NCBI GenBank assembly: GCA_963804645.1
Contig: CAWDRG010000011.1
Coordinates: 64,001-128,000 of the forward strand
Length of the DNA: 64,000 bases
Reading direction: 5' to 3'
From: an uncultured Bacillota bacterium
Lineage (GTDB): Bacteria > Sysuimicrobiota > Sysuimicrobiia > Sysuimicrobiales > Segetimicrobiaceae
Shown: piece after piece, positions 23,450 to 33,795 of the stretch
Layout of the letters: each line of letters starts with the position of its first letter
Numbering within the stretch: the first letter of the stretch is position 1
The notes under the pieces: generated by a model
Told to the model about the DNA's origin: nothing
Databases searched by the model: none
The model's input: only the letters and a program-made list of their open reading frames with translations
Position numbers and translations under genes: made by a program

Positions 23450-24364
23450 CGATCGATCGAAACGGCGCCTGCAGCGGCGCTTCTACGGCCGCACTAAGCC
23501 GGGGACCCTGCTCAAGCACCACATCGCCATCAAGACCGAGCATTCGGGAGGTTGAGTACGCGCGGCTTCACCGAGATCGACTTGGTCTTCCACTCGGGCA
23601 ATGCCGCCGACGGCGACTTGCCGATCCAGTTCGCTCAATCTCACGGATATCCACACCGGCTGGGTCGAAACGCGGGCCGTCATGGGCAAGGGACAAACGG
23701 CCGTCCGCGCGGCCTTGGAGGAGTTGCGGCAGGCCCTGCCGTTTCCCCTGCGCGGCATCGACTCTGACAATGGCTCCGAGTTTATCAACAATCATCTCGT
23801 GCGCTACTGTGCCGATCGAAGATTCAATTCACCCGCGGCCGCCCCTACAAAAAGGACGACAATGCCCACATTGAACAAAAGAACTACACGCATGTCCGCA
23901 AGCTGATGGGCTGGGAGCGCTACGATTCGCCGCACGCCCGCGCCCGCATGAATGACCTGTATCAGCACGAAGTGCGGCTCATGATGAATCTCTATCAACC
24001 GTCCGTGAAGCTGCTCCGCAAGGAGCGCATCGGGTCCCGGCTCACGCGGCGCTATGATGCCCCCAAGACCCCGCTCGATCGCCTGGCGGCTACGCCGGGC
24101 GTCGACGCGGCCACCATCCGCGCGCTCCACCAGCTCCGTGCCCAACTCGACCCGTTCGCGTTGGCCGCCGCGATCGATCAGAAACTCAGCGTCATTCACC
24201 AGGCTGCCAATCATCGCCTCAGTCCCCGCGATGCCACCATGCCGCCCCCGGCCGTCACACCGTCCGTTCGCGCCACCCATGCTCCTCACCGCTGGGACCA
24301 CAACTGGTTCTTCCCGAAGGCGGTCGCCCAACGTCGCGGCAGCCGCACTCTGGTAAGAACTTAA
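23450..24364 (+). pseudogene. DDE (integrase-catalytic) transposase remnant; 5'-truncated, several frameshifts
   Basis: TKPGTLLKHHI, GFTEIDLV, TDIHTGW, DSDNGSEFIN, RPYKKDDNAHIEQKN, RYD spread over different frames. Confidence 0.85.
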
Positions 24365-24614
24365 ATGGCGCGATGATACCTTCCCGGGTAAGATTACGCG
24401 TTAATGGCTTGACGGGGGGCCGCATCCGGTCACCGACGATTGTGCGGCTGCCGTCCGGAGCCGCGGAGGATGATCGCGAACCTTCGGCACCCTGCGCCCG
24501 CGGCGGACGAGTCTGTCTTCGCATGATGGAGGCGCAACGCCCCACCCCGTAGCGCCATAATCGCGGGATGCGGCACGTCCATCCCCGCACGTCAACTAGC
24601 GAGGGTGTTCGAAC

Positions 24615-26165
24615 CTACTTGTTTACGTGCGATTTAATAGCCGCCTGGATCTTGGCCTTCACGGCGTCGAGGTTGAACGACGCCGGGTCTTGCATCGGCG
24701 GGTAGCTGAGGGCCGTCGCCGCCAACTTGCCGACGACTTGCTGCACGTACACGAACCGCCAGAACTCATGCCCCATGAAGTCCATGAAGTAGGACGGTGA
24801 GGACGTACCGCAGGAGCGCTCGAACGGATCAAGGCGCAGGTTGCAGAGGATCGGGAAATTGGCCTTGTTCTTCGGACCGAACCACCCCTCCGGCTGATCG
24901 ATGAACGTATATTTGACATCATCGACGCGAATGGCGCCGAGTTCCGCCTCGTCGAAGTAGAAGAACTCATGACGGGCCGACGGGCCCTTTCCCGTGAGCA
25001 TCGGCAGTTGATTGTACCCGTCGAGGTGGACCTTGTAGGTCTTGCTGCCGAGCTGCTTGCCTCCGAGCAGCTCTTGCGCGATATTGGCATCGCCGGCCGC
25101 GGCGACGAGCGTAGGAAACCAGTCCAGCGACGCCATGAGGCCGTTCTCCACCTTGCCCGCGGGGATCTTGCCCGGCCACTTGACGATACAGGGCGCGCGG
25201 AACCCGCCCTCGGTGCTCATGCCCTTCTCGCCCTTGAACGGTGTCTGCCCGCCGTCCGGCCAGCTGATGACTTCGGCACCGTTGTCCGTCGTCACGACCA
25301 CGATCGTATTATCCTCGAGCCCCTGGTCCTTGAGATGTTGCAGGACCGCGCCGATGATGTCATCGAACTGCGCCATCCCCGCCTCGTACGTGTACCAGCT
25401 GTTTTGCGGCGTCTGCATCTTGCGGTATTTCTCCGAGAGGTACGTGTACACGTGCATGCGCGTCGTGTTCAACCACGTGAAGAACGGCTTCCCGTCCTTT
25501 TTGGCGCGGTCGATGAAGTTGATCGCGTTCGCCAGGATCTCGTCGTCGACGGTCTCCATGTTGAGCTTGATGCCGGGGGTCGGGTGCGGCGGCAGCGGGC
25601 CGCAGTCCTCGATCTTCTGCTTGCCCACCTTGCCCCACCGGGGATCCACCGTCGGATCGTCAGTGTCGGTGGCCCAGCAGTGCAACACGTTGCGCGGGCC
25701 CACGGTCTTGACCAGCTCCGGCGGATACGAGTGCCAGAACGGGTCCTCCATCGCATCCAGATGGTACAGGTAGCCGTAGAATTCATCGAAGCCGTGGAGC
25801 GTCGGCAGATACTCGTTGCGGTCGCCCAGGTGATTCTTGCCAAACTGGCCGGTCGCGTAGCCCATCGCCCGTAGCGCGGTGGCGATCGTCGGGGCCTGGG
25901 CCGGCATCCCGACCGTCGCCCCAGCCTGCCCCACCGTCGTCAGTCCGGTCCGGAGCGGAATTTCTCCCGTGATAAAGGCCGCCCGTCCGGCGGTACAGCT
26001 GGCCTCCGCATAGTAGTCGGTAAGGAGCGTGCCTTCAGACGCGAGCTTGTCGATATGCGGAGTCCGGCTCGCCATGATGCCGCGATGATAGGCCCCGATG
26101 TTGAACCAGCCGATGTCGTCGCCAAAGATCACCAGAATGTTCGGTTGCTTTGCAGCTGTCGCCAT
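24615..26165 (-). CDS. Arylsulfatase (Cys-type formylglycine enzyme)
   Basis: PNILVIFGDD, SCTAGR, FGKNHLG, TDNG; no signal peptide. Confidence 0.93.
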   Translation of the reverse strand: MATAAKQPNILVIFGDDIGWFNIGAYHRGIMASRTPHIDKLASEGTLLTDYYAEASCTAGRAAFITGEIPLRTGLTTVGQAGATVGMPAQAPTIATALRAMGYATGQFGKNHLGDRNEYLPTLHGFDEFYGYLYHLDAMEDPFWHSYPPELVKTVGPRNVLHCWATDTDDPTVDPRWGKVGKQKIEDCGPLPPHPTPGIKLNMETVDDEILANAINFIDRAKKDGKPFFTWLNTTRMHVYTYLSEKYRKMQTPQNSWYTYEAGMAQFDDIIGAVLQHLKDQGLEDNTIVVVTTDNGAEVISWPDGGQTPFKGEKGMSTEGGFRAPCIVKWPGKIPAGKVENGLMASLDWFPTLVAAAGDANIAQELLGGKQLGSKTYKVHLDGYNQLPMLTGKGPSARHEFFYFDEAELGAIRVDDVKYTFIDQPEGWFGPKNKANFPILCNLRLDPFERSCGTSSPSYFMDFMGHEFWRFVYVQQVVGKLAATALSYPPMQDPASFNLDAVKAKIQAAIKSHVNK

Positions 26166-26192
26166 GTGATTCCCCCTTCTTAGAGCCTCAGC

Positions 26193-26816
26193 CTAGTGAA
26201 GCTGGTACTTCGTCAGGACGAGCGCCTTGTTCCGGACGCTGGCCGGCCACGCGGCTTCGGGACCGAACTGGATCTTCACGATGGTCTTGGCCGACGGCGC
26301 GTACCAGGCAAACCCCGTGCCGACCTGATGCTGCACCGGCGGGTTCCCGGCCGGCAGCGTCAGGACCGAGCAGAGCAACTCCACCGCGGAGAACATCCCG
26401 GCCGGCACCGTCACCGACCGCACGGGACCGACCCGCCACACGAAGTGGAACTTGGTACCCCGGTCCGTCCAGCGCTTGTTGGCGGTCAGCGGCCAATCCA
26501 GGAACAGGAAGTTGCCGACCTGCTGGCGCTGGAACATGGCGCCCCACTCCATGTTGGGCCGCACGCCGGCGCCCATGCCGGCGATCGTGTAGGACCCATC
26601 GGTCGCCGCGCTCTGTACGGTCATGGCCACGACGCCGCCCGTGGGGCCCGTCCAGGCCCACGTATCGCCGTGATACCACGTCGGTGGATTCAATGGGAGC
26701 TTCGCCATCGTCATCGGCATCGACTGGGCTGCGTTGAGTTGCAGCGGGAGCAGTCCCACCACGAGCGCAACGGCGATGAGCATCACGACGTTCGACATCC
26801 GACGCATACCGGTCAC
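26193..26816 (-). CDS. Hypothetical secreted protein
   Basis: Signal-like N-terminus; PTWYHGDTWAW, VTVPAGMF, WYAPS; co-oriented just upstream of the sulfatase; start uncertain. Confidence 0.65.
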   Translation of the reverse strand: MTGMRRMSNVVMLIAVALVVGLLPLQLNAAQSMPMTMAKLPLNPPTWYHGDTWAWTGPTGGVVAMTVQSAATDGSYTIAGMGAGVRPNMEWGAMFQRQQVGNFLFLDWPLTANKRWTDRGTKFHFVWRVGPVRSVTVPAGMFSAVELLCSVLTLPAGNPPVQHQVGTGFAWYAPSAKTIVKIQFGPEAAWPASVRNKALVLTKYQLH

Positions 26817-27145
26817 TATCGATCACCATCCCTCTCCAGAATGTGAGGGTACACGTGCCGTGCCAACCCGCTGATGACTGCTTGATCCACCTCCCTCCAA
26901 AAATGAATCTATCACCCCAACGGGTGTTCGTGGTATGCTTGCCGACCGCTCCTAGCTGTCCCCATTTTCATACTGTGTGGCGCCGCACGCGCGACATGGG
27001 GGACTCCCTTCGGTCGAGGACTCCCCCACGAAACGCCGTCGCTGGCCCGGTCACGTCGATGCGGCACCCAACGCGGCTCGATCGGGGTTCGGTGATGCCG
27101 GCCCGACGGTGTGACGATGTCGGGCGCGGCGGACGCGCGCACGCG

Positions 27146-28471
27146 TCACTGCTGAATCAGCGGCCGCCCGTGACACTGCTTGAACTTCTTGCCGCTCCCG
27201 CAGGGACAGCGGTCGTTGCGCCCGGCCTTGGCGCAGGCCCGCTGCAGGGCGGCGTCCTCCTGGGCCAGGACGCCCATCACGTCCGCGGCCGGCCGGTTCG
27301 CGCGCAGGAGCGACGCGATGATGCGCACGGGATGGTCGATGTGCGTGAAGAAGGCCTTATACCCGGCACAGAGATAGCTCAGGCCCGGCTCACCGTCGGG
27401 CGTCGTGATGAAGCGGCTCTTCGGACAGTCCCCGTGGCACGCAAACCGCACCGGGCACTCCACGCAGTACCGCGGCAGCGTCGTCAGCTTGTTCCGTCCG
27501 AACTGGAGCTGCTTGTCGGACGCGACGAGCTCGAGCATATGGGTGTCTTGGATATTGCCGAGAAGGTAGTCCGGCTCGACGAAGTGGTCGCACGAGTACA
27601 GATCGCCGTTGTGCTCGATCGCCAGCGCCGTGCCGCAGGTGGGCGAGAACACGCACATCGTCGACCCGAGCCCCATCCAGCTCCGCACCGCGCCCTCAAA
27701 CGTCTGCACAAACACCCGGCCGACGTCGTGCCGGACCCACTCGTCGAAGATCGTGATGAGAAACGTGCCGAGCTGCTGGGCGCCGACCGACCGTTCCGTG
27801 ACCGTCGTCCCCTGCTGCAGGAGCGTCCGGCCGTCGCTGTTGATCCGCTCGACCACCGGGATGAACTGCATCCAGTCGGTGCCCGCCTCGTCCCGCAAGA
27901 ACCGGTACACGTCGAGCGGCGCGCTGCCATTGCAGCTGTTCACGGTCGTCAGGATGTTGTACTCGACTTTGTGCTTCTGGAGGAGGCGCAGCCCGCGCAT
28001 CACCCGATCAAACGTGGGATGCCCGCCTTTATCCACGCGGTAGCGATCGTGCAGATGCCGCGGCCCGTCGATGCTGATGCCGACCAGAAAGTGCTCGTCG
28101 CGCAAAAACTCGCACCACGCGTCGTCCAGGAGCGTGCCGTTCGTCTGGATCGTGTTCTCGAACGTCATCCCGGGCCTGGCGTACTTGCGCTCGTACTCGA
28201 TCGCCCGTTGGAAGAACTCGAGCCCCATCAGCGTGGGCTCCCCGCCCTGCCAGGCCACCGTCACTTCCGAGCTTCGGTGCGATTCGATCAGTTGGCGGAT
28301 GTACGTCTCGAGGAGCTCGTCCCCCATGCGAAAGGCGCTCCCGGGGTAGAGCGCCTCCTTGGCGAGGAAGAAGCAGTATTCGCACCCGAGGTTGCAGATC
28401 GCTCCCCGGGGCTTGGCCATGACGTGAAACCGGGGCGGGGCGTGCCGCAGCGTCTGCGCGGTCTGACTCAT
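27146..28471 (-). CDS. Anaerobic sulfatase maturase (radical SAM/SPASM) with C-terminal SEC-C motif
   Basis: CNLGCEYC, WQGGEPTL, YSCDHFV, SPASM cysteines, GRNDRCPCGSGKKFKQCHG. Confidence 0.94.
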   Translation of the reverse strand: MSQTAQTLRHAPPRFHVMAKPRGAICNLGCEYCFFLAKEALYPGSAFRMGDELLETYIRQLIESHRSSEVTVAWQGGEPTLMGLEFFQRAIEYERKYARPGMTFENTIQTNGTLLDDAWCEFLRDEHFLVGISIDGPRHLHDRYRVDKGGHPTFDRVMRGLRLLQKHKVEYNILTTVNSCNGSAPLDVYRFLRDEAGTDWMQFIPVVERINSDGRTLLQQGTTVTERSVGAQQLGTFLITIFDEWVRHDVGRVFVQTFEGAVRSWMGLGSTMCVFSPTCGTALAIEHNGDLYSCDHFVEPDYLLGNIQDTHMLELVASDKQLQFGRNKLTTLPRYCVECPVRFACHGDCPKSRFITTPDGEPGLSYLCAGYKAFFTHIDHPVRIIASLLRANRPAADVMGVLAQEDAALQRACAKAGRNDRCPCGSGKKFKQCHGRPLIQQ

Positions 28472-28524
28472 CTCGATCCCTCCCCTTCCCGGTCACGCGG
28501 CCGCCGGACGGCGGCGCAGCCGTC

Positions 28525-29460
28525 TCAGCGCGATGCGGTCGCCAAGGCACGCTCGAGCCGCTGAATCGCCGGCACGGCACACACGACGCGTGGCGCGTCC
28601 GAGGTCGCCGCGCAGATCGCCGCCGTGAGCACGTTGGCCGTCCCGATGATCGCGCGCGCGTCGGCGGACCCCGGATCGGCGAGTTGCCCAATGATCGTGG
28701 ACTGAGACTGTCCCTGCAGCAGTCCGGGGCTATACCCGGTGCCCGAAAGCACGTACCGGTTGGCGATGTCGATAAACGGAATGCCGCCGGCGCGCGCCAT
28801 GTACGGCGGCGCGTCATACTGCTGGTAGAGCTGCGTGTCCGCGGCGCTGAGGGCGTCAAGCGGCGGATAGACCCCGTTCACCCGGACATTGCCGCTCTTC
28901 TCCACCCCGGTAAAGTCCACGTAGGTGCCCAGGTACGTCGATCCGTGAAATGTCAGCGTCGGCGTGCTCGGGAACTCGATGTCCGCCGCGGACTGCGAGT
29001 ACCGCAGGCTCTCGAAGCGGCCGAACCGGCTGAGCGCGACCACGAGCGCCCACCGCTGGGCCGCACAGAACGGACAGAAGTCGCCGCCGACGTACAGCAC
29101 ACGCGGCAGCCCCCGCTCGCCGCGGAGCGTCGGTCCCGCGACCGGCACCGGCACCGCGGTGGTCGTGCCCGCGCCGATCGCGGCGGACACGGACATCGGG
29201 ACGGCTTGCACGGCGTGCAGCAAGGCGGGCGGCACCAGCGCGGAGTCGGCGGAGGACGCCCTGGAAGGCGTGAGCACGGCCGCCGCGAGCGCGGCGCTCA
29301 CGACGAGCGCGCCCGCACTGAGAAGGAACGCACGATACGAACGCTCGCGGCGGGCGGGCCGGTGAACTCCGCCGGAGTAGCCGTGCACGCGCACGTCGGC
29401 TCGCCCAGCCGTGCCTCGATGGGACGAACCATGACCGGAGCCCTCATCGCATCTGGACAT
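28525..29460 (-). CDS. DUF929-like thioredoxin-fold exported protein
   Basis: N-terminal TM; YVGGDFCPFCAAQRWALVVALSRFG; IPFIDIAN; ANVLTAAIC; start uncertain. Confidence 0.75.
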   Translation of the reverse strand: MSRCDEGSGHGSSHRGTAGRADVRVHGYSGGVHRPARRERSYRAFLLSAGALVVSAALAAAVLTPSRASSADSALVPPALLHAVQAVPMSVSAAIGAGTTTAVPVPVAGPTLRGERGLPRVLYVGGDFCPFCAAQRWALVVALSRFGRFESLRYSQSAADIEFPSTPTLTFHGSTYLGTYVDFTGVEKSGNVRVNGVYPPLDALSAADTQLYQQYDAPPYMARAGGIPFIDIANRYVLSGTGYSPGLLQGQSQSTIIGQLADPGSADARAIIGTANVLTAAICAATSDAPRVVCAVPAIQRLERALATASR

Positions 29461-29682
29461 ACCTCACCCCCGCACCGCAGCTCACGGCGTACCATCCAGC
29501 CGTGTCATGCCGCAACCTCGGCGCCGCAACACGCACACCGGAGCTACCGCACCTGACACATCTCTTCAACAAACAGGATATCGCGCACCGAGGGGGCGCT
29601 TATATACAGCATTAACCTGATCTTGGCTGGGCCGTAGTACGGCACCGCCGCGAGATCCACAAGGGATGGTGCGCGACGCGGT

Positions 29683-31002
29683 CTAGCGGGGCAGGCTGGC
29701 TTGCGGAGGTATCTCGAACACGAGCAGGGCATCGCCGACCGGCCGCTCGTGGCCGTCGGAAGGCGAGTTCACCACCGTCGGCGCCGAGCGCCGCGGAAAC
29801 CGCACCACCATCGTCACCGACCCGCCGCTGTCGAAGGCCATGGCCTGATCGGCCCCGAGCCACTGCAGGTACGAGGCAAGTTCCGGCTGCGTCAGCCCCA
29901 CGCTCCCCCGCTGGCGCCCATCGACCCCGACGAGAAGCATCGTGTGACCGTCGCGCAGGATCCCGACACCGAGCACGGGACGCCGGATGTAGCGTTCATG
30001 CGGGGCGGGCGACCGCGGATCGTCGACCAGGCGCCCGTGCTCCACCAGCAGCGGACCCCCGCCGATCGCCAGGTGCGCCGACCTCCAGTCCGGGGTCGTC
30101 GCCAGATTGAGCAGGGCGTCGGCCCCGGCGATCACGTGGTCGCGGAGCCAGTCGGACGCCCGGCCGCGGCCGACCAGCAGCAGTTCACCCTTGGGAAACG
30201 GCGCGTAGTAGGCTTGACCCGGCCAGACCTGCTTCACGCGGTACGGCACGCCCGCGGGGGGCGACGGCTCGGTCGTCAACGAGAATCCGGAGTCGGCGGA
30301 CGCCGGCTGTGCCTGGTCGCTCGGAGCCAGCTCGACGACGGTCTGGCGCACCCCCGGGTCGGGAGGCGGGGCCCCGTAGCCGCGCACGTTCGAGAGCGCG
30401 GTAATGCCCTCCCGGACGAGCCCGGTGTTGAAGCCCGCGATCCAGTACGACGTGTGGGCGTCGGGCAGCACCAGCGATCCGTCCCAATCGTAGCGCACGA
30501 TCGCCGCGCTCCCGTCCTTCCCCACGGTCAGCGCGGCGCGGCTCGACGGACTCCGCAGCAGCTCGCCGTTCCGCACGACGATGTTCAGCGGCATGCCGGA
30601 GTCGCCGATATCGAAAAAGTCGCCGTTCACCCCGGCCACCGCCTGGGTACGCCCGACCATCGACGAGACCGTCTCGTCGCGACTGATCAGCTGCTCGTGG
30701 GCCAAGCCGAGCCCCAACCGTACGGTCGGGACGTTGAGATCGACGCGGAGCCGGTAGAGTCGGAGCGGACCGGACGACGTGAGCAGACGATACCGGCTGA
30801 GGGTCACGCCAGGGGCGATCGCCGTGGACATCCCGAACGATGCGCTGGCGGTACGCCACCACGGCGACGATGCGGCAGAGCTGGGCACGGCGAGAAGGCC
30901 AGCGAGGAGCCCGGCGCACAACAGGCCGACCAAGTAGCGAGCGCGATCACTGTGTCGATTCACGCGGCGATGATTAGTCCCGGCTCGTCTGCGACGTGGC
31001 AT
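29683..31002 (-). CDS. Phosphodiester glycosidase (NAGPA-like) family exported protein
   Basis: GVNGDFF, GGGPLLV, VDGRQ, FDSGGSVTM, NSPSDGHERPV; start uncertain. Confidence 0.85.
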   Translation of the reverse strand: MPRRRRAGTNHRRVNRHSDRARYLVGLLCAGLLAGLLAVPSSAASSPWWRTASASFGMSTAIAPGVTLSRYRLLTSSGPLRLYRLRVDLNVPTVRLGLGLAHEQLISRDETVSSMVGRTQAVAGVNGDFFDIGDSGMPLNIVVRNGELLRSPSSRAALTVGKDGSAAIVRYDWDGSLVLPDAHTSYWIAGFNTGLVREGITALSNVRGYGAPPPDPGVRQTVVELAPSDQAQPASADSGFSLTTEPSPPAGVPYRVKQVWPGQAYYAPFPKGELLLVGRGRASDWLRDHVIAGADALLNLATTPDWRSAHLAIGGGPLLVEHGRLVDDPRSPAPHERYIRRPVLGVGILRDGHTMLLVGVDGRQRGSVGLTQPELASYLQWLGADQAMAFDSGGSVTMVVRFPRRSAPTVVNSPSDGHERPVGDALLVFEIPPQASLPR

Positions 31003-31218
31003 GTCTGTTCGAGGCTCGACCGACGGCTCCTGCTGCATCCCCTGGAAAGTGGCCGTCTGTGTGCGCCTGGGCCCCTCACTGGAGAAGACGGCGCAGCGCC
31101 GCGTCTGTCTCACCGCCGGTGCGCGCCCCGCCGCATCGGGCGCCGACGCCTCGACAGGGGACGGGCTCCGGACGCGCGAAGACCCGAGAGCGACCGCACA
31201 AAGGGAGGGACACGACGC

Positions 31219-32586
31219 ATGCAGACACCAACGACGGCGACACGCACCACCCTGGATGCCCTGATGGAGGAGTACGTCGCCTGCCACCCGCGCTCGCGTG
31301 CCCTGTTCGAACGGGCGTGCCAGGCGCTGCCGGGTGGCGATACCCGCACGACCGTCTATTTTCGCCCCTTCCCGCCCTACATCGAGCGGGGCGACGGGTG
31401 CCGGATGTACGACGTGGACGGCCACGTGCTGCTCGATCTCCTCGCCAACTACACCTCGATGATCTGGGGCTACGCCCATCCCGAGATCGTGGAGGCCATC
31501 CGGCGTCAAGCCGCGCTGGGCAGCTCGTTCGCGGCGCCCACGGAGGATCAAGTGCGGCTCGCCGAGCTCCTGCGGGAACGGCTCCCCTCGCTTGCCAAGG
31601 TCCGCTTCACCAACTCCGGGACCGAGGCCGCCATGAACGCGATGCGGGCGGCGCGCGCCTTCACCGGACGCAGCAAAATCGTGAAGATCGAGGGCGGGTA
31701 CCACGGCAGTTCGGACGCCGCGGAGATCAGCGTGCGCCCGGATCCGGCCTCCGCGGGCCCGGCGGCGCGGCCCCACGCGGTCCCCGCGCGGGGCGTGCCG
31801 GCATCCGTCGCGCGCGAGGTCATTCCCGCGCCGTTCAACGACGCCGGAGCCGTCGAGGCGATCCTGCGGGCGCACCCCGGCGAGATCGCCGCCCTGATCG
31901 TGGAGCCGGTCATGGGAGCGGGCGGCGTGATCCCGCCGCGAGACGGCTTCCTCACGGCGCTGCGGCGGCTCACCGAGGCGATGGACATCGTCCTGATATT
32001 CGATGAGGTGATCAGTTTCCGCCTCGACTACCACGGCGCGCAGGCACGCTACGGCGTCCGCCCCGACCTGACCGTGCTTGGCAAGATCATCGGCGGGGGG
32101 CTGCCCGTGGGCGCGTTCGGCGGCCGCGAGGAGATCATGGCGCTGTATGACCCGCGGCACCCGAGCGGGCTCGCCCACGGGGGCACGTTCAACGCCAACG
32201 CCCTGACGGTCGCGGCCGGCGTGGCCGGGCTCGCGCTCCTCACCGCGCCCGAGATCGACCGGCTCAACGCCGAGGGCGACGAGCTGCGCGCACGCCTGCA
32301 GGCTCTCTTCGACGCCTCCCCCGTCCCCGCGCGGGTCAGCGGCGTCGGATCCCTCTTGCAGGTGCACTTCACGGGCGGCGATGTCGCCGACTACCGGGAC
32401 GGGGCGCGGGGCGACGTCGCCCTGTCGACCGCGTTCCATCTCGCGCTCTTGCTCGAGGGTGCGTTCGTCGCCCCGCGCGGCATGATGGCGCTCAGCCTGC
32501 CGATGCGGAACGCGGAACTCGACGAGGCCGTCGGCACGGCCGGACGCGCGCTCGCCCGCCTCGTGGACGCCGGCGCGCCGCGCTGA
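31219..32586 (+). CDS. Class III aminotransferase (GSA-mutase-like)
   Basis: RFTNSGTEA, GGYHG, FDEVIS, GKIIGGGLPVGA, HGGTFNAN. Confidence 0.9.
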   Translation: MQTPTTATRTTLDALMEEYVACHPRSRALFERACQALPGGDTRTTVYFRPFPPYIERGDGCRMYDVDGHVLLDLLANYTSMIWGYAHPEIVEAIRRQAALGSSFAAPTEDQVRLAELLRERLPSLAKVRFTNSGTEAAMNAMRAARAFTGRSKIVKIEGGYHGSSDAAEISVRPDPASAGPAARPHAVPARGVPASVAREVIPAPFNDAGAVEAILRAHPGEIAALIVEPVMGAGGVIPPRDGFLTALRRLTEAMDIVLIFDEVISFRLDYHGAQARYGVRPDLTVLGKIIGGGLPVGAFGGREEIMALYDPRHPSGLAHGGTFNANALTVAAGVAGLALLTAPEIDRLNAEGDELRARLQALFDASPVPARVSGVGSLLQVHFTGGDVADYRDGARGDVALSTAFHLALLLEGAFVAPRGMMALSLPMRNAELDEAVGTAGRALARLVDAGAPR

Positions 32587-32783
32587 CGACCGGCCCCGAC
32601 GCCTGCGGTCGGGCTGAGTTCTGGAAGGGTGCGGCCGCCGCGCGGCCGAACCCTTCGGGCGTTCCCGGAGACGCCGGGCTCCACCCTTCCAACACGGTAT
32701 GCCGCCGGCGTGGGGCAGTATCCCAGCGCGCACAGCACCCGCGGGCCAGCCGCTTCGGCCCGCGGGTTCGGGGAGGCGCCATC

Positions 32784-33770
32784 GTGAGCACGCCAGGGCA
32801 CCCGCTCTCGATCTTTGTCACGGCGCCCGGCGCGTCGAGCGCGTCGGGCGCGCCGGGCGCCGTCGATGAGCGCGTCGCCAAGATCCAGGCCGCGGTCCCC
32901 GGCGTTGAGTGCCGGGCATTCCGTCAGGCGGCCGAGATGGCCCCGTACATCCAGGACGCCGATGTGATCCTCGGGTTCGTCGGCGAGGAACTCCTGCCGC
33001 GGGCCACGCGACTGCGGTGGGTCCATTCGCCCGCCGCGGGCCCCGACGACCTCCTGTACCCGGACATGGTCGCGAGCGAGGTCGTCGTGACGTGCTCGAA
33101 AGGCAACGGCGCCGTCCCGCTGGCGGAATACGCCATCATGATGATGCTCATGCTCAGCCGCAGCGCGGTGCGCGCGGTGCATGCCCACGACGAGCATCGC
33201 TGGGACCGCTTCGCCCACCCCGAACTCAACGGCCAGACCTGCGGGATCATCGGCCTCGGCTACTCGGGGCTCGATCTGGCGCTCAAGGCCAAGGCGTTCC
33301 ACATGCGCGTCCTCGGCGTCCGCCGGACGGATCGGCCCGCGCCGAACGTCGACGCGCTGTTCCCGAGGGCGCGGCTGCGGGCATTCCTGAGCCAGTCGGA
33401 TTTCGTCGTCGTGACGGCGCCCCGCACCCCGGAGACGATCGGGATGCTCGGCGAGGCGGAGTTCCGCGCGATGAAGCGCTCCGCCTACTACATCTGCTTC
33501 TCCCGGGGGGGCATCGCCGACGACGCGGCGCTGCTGCGCGCCCTCACGGAGGGATGGATCGCCGGCGCCGGGCTGGACGCGCACAGCGAGGAACCGCTCC
33601 CGCCCGACAGCCCGTTTTGGACGGCCCCGAACACGCTCGTCACGCCCCACAACGGCGCGACGAGCTTCGCGACCCCGGAGCGCGGGCTGGAGATTTTCAT
33701 CGACAACCTGAGGCGCTACCTCGCCGGCCAGCCCCTCCGCAACGTCGTCGACAAGCGCGCCGGCTACTGA
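32784..33770 (+). CDS. D-2-hydroxyacid dehydrogenase family protein
   Basis: GIIGLGYSG, SRG, AGLDA..EP, TPH. Confidence 0.88.
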   Translation: MSTPGHPLSIFVTAPGASSASGAPGAVDERVAKIQAAVPGVECRAFRQAAEMAPYIQDADVILGFVGEELLPRATRLRWVHSPAAGPDDLLYPDMVASEVVVTCSKGNGAVPLAEYAIMMMLMLSRSAVRAVHAHDEHRWDRFAHPELNGQTCGIIGLGYSGLDLALKAKAFHMRVLGVRRTDRPAPNVDALFPRARLRAFLSQSDFVVVTAPRTPETIGMLGEAEFRAMKRSAYYICFSRGGIADDAALLRALTEGWIAGAGLDAHSEEPLPPDSPFWTAPNTLVTPHNGATSFATPERGLEIFIDNLRRYLAGQPLRNVVDKRAGY

Positions 33771-33795
33771 AACCCCCGGCCCGGGAGGCTCCCCG

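Noticed and set aside
29683..32733. 1016-aa and 961-aa overlapping ORFs suggesting fusions
   Set aside because: Each is one real gene plus antisense read-through of its divergent neighbour
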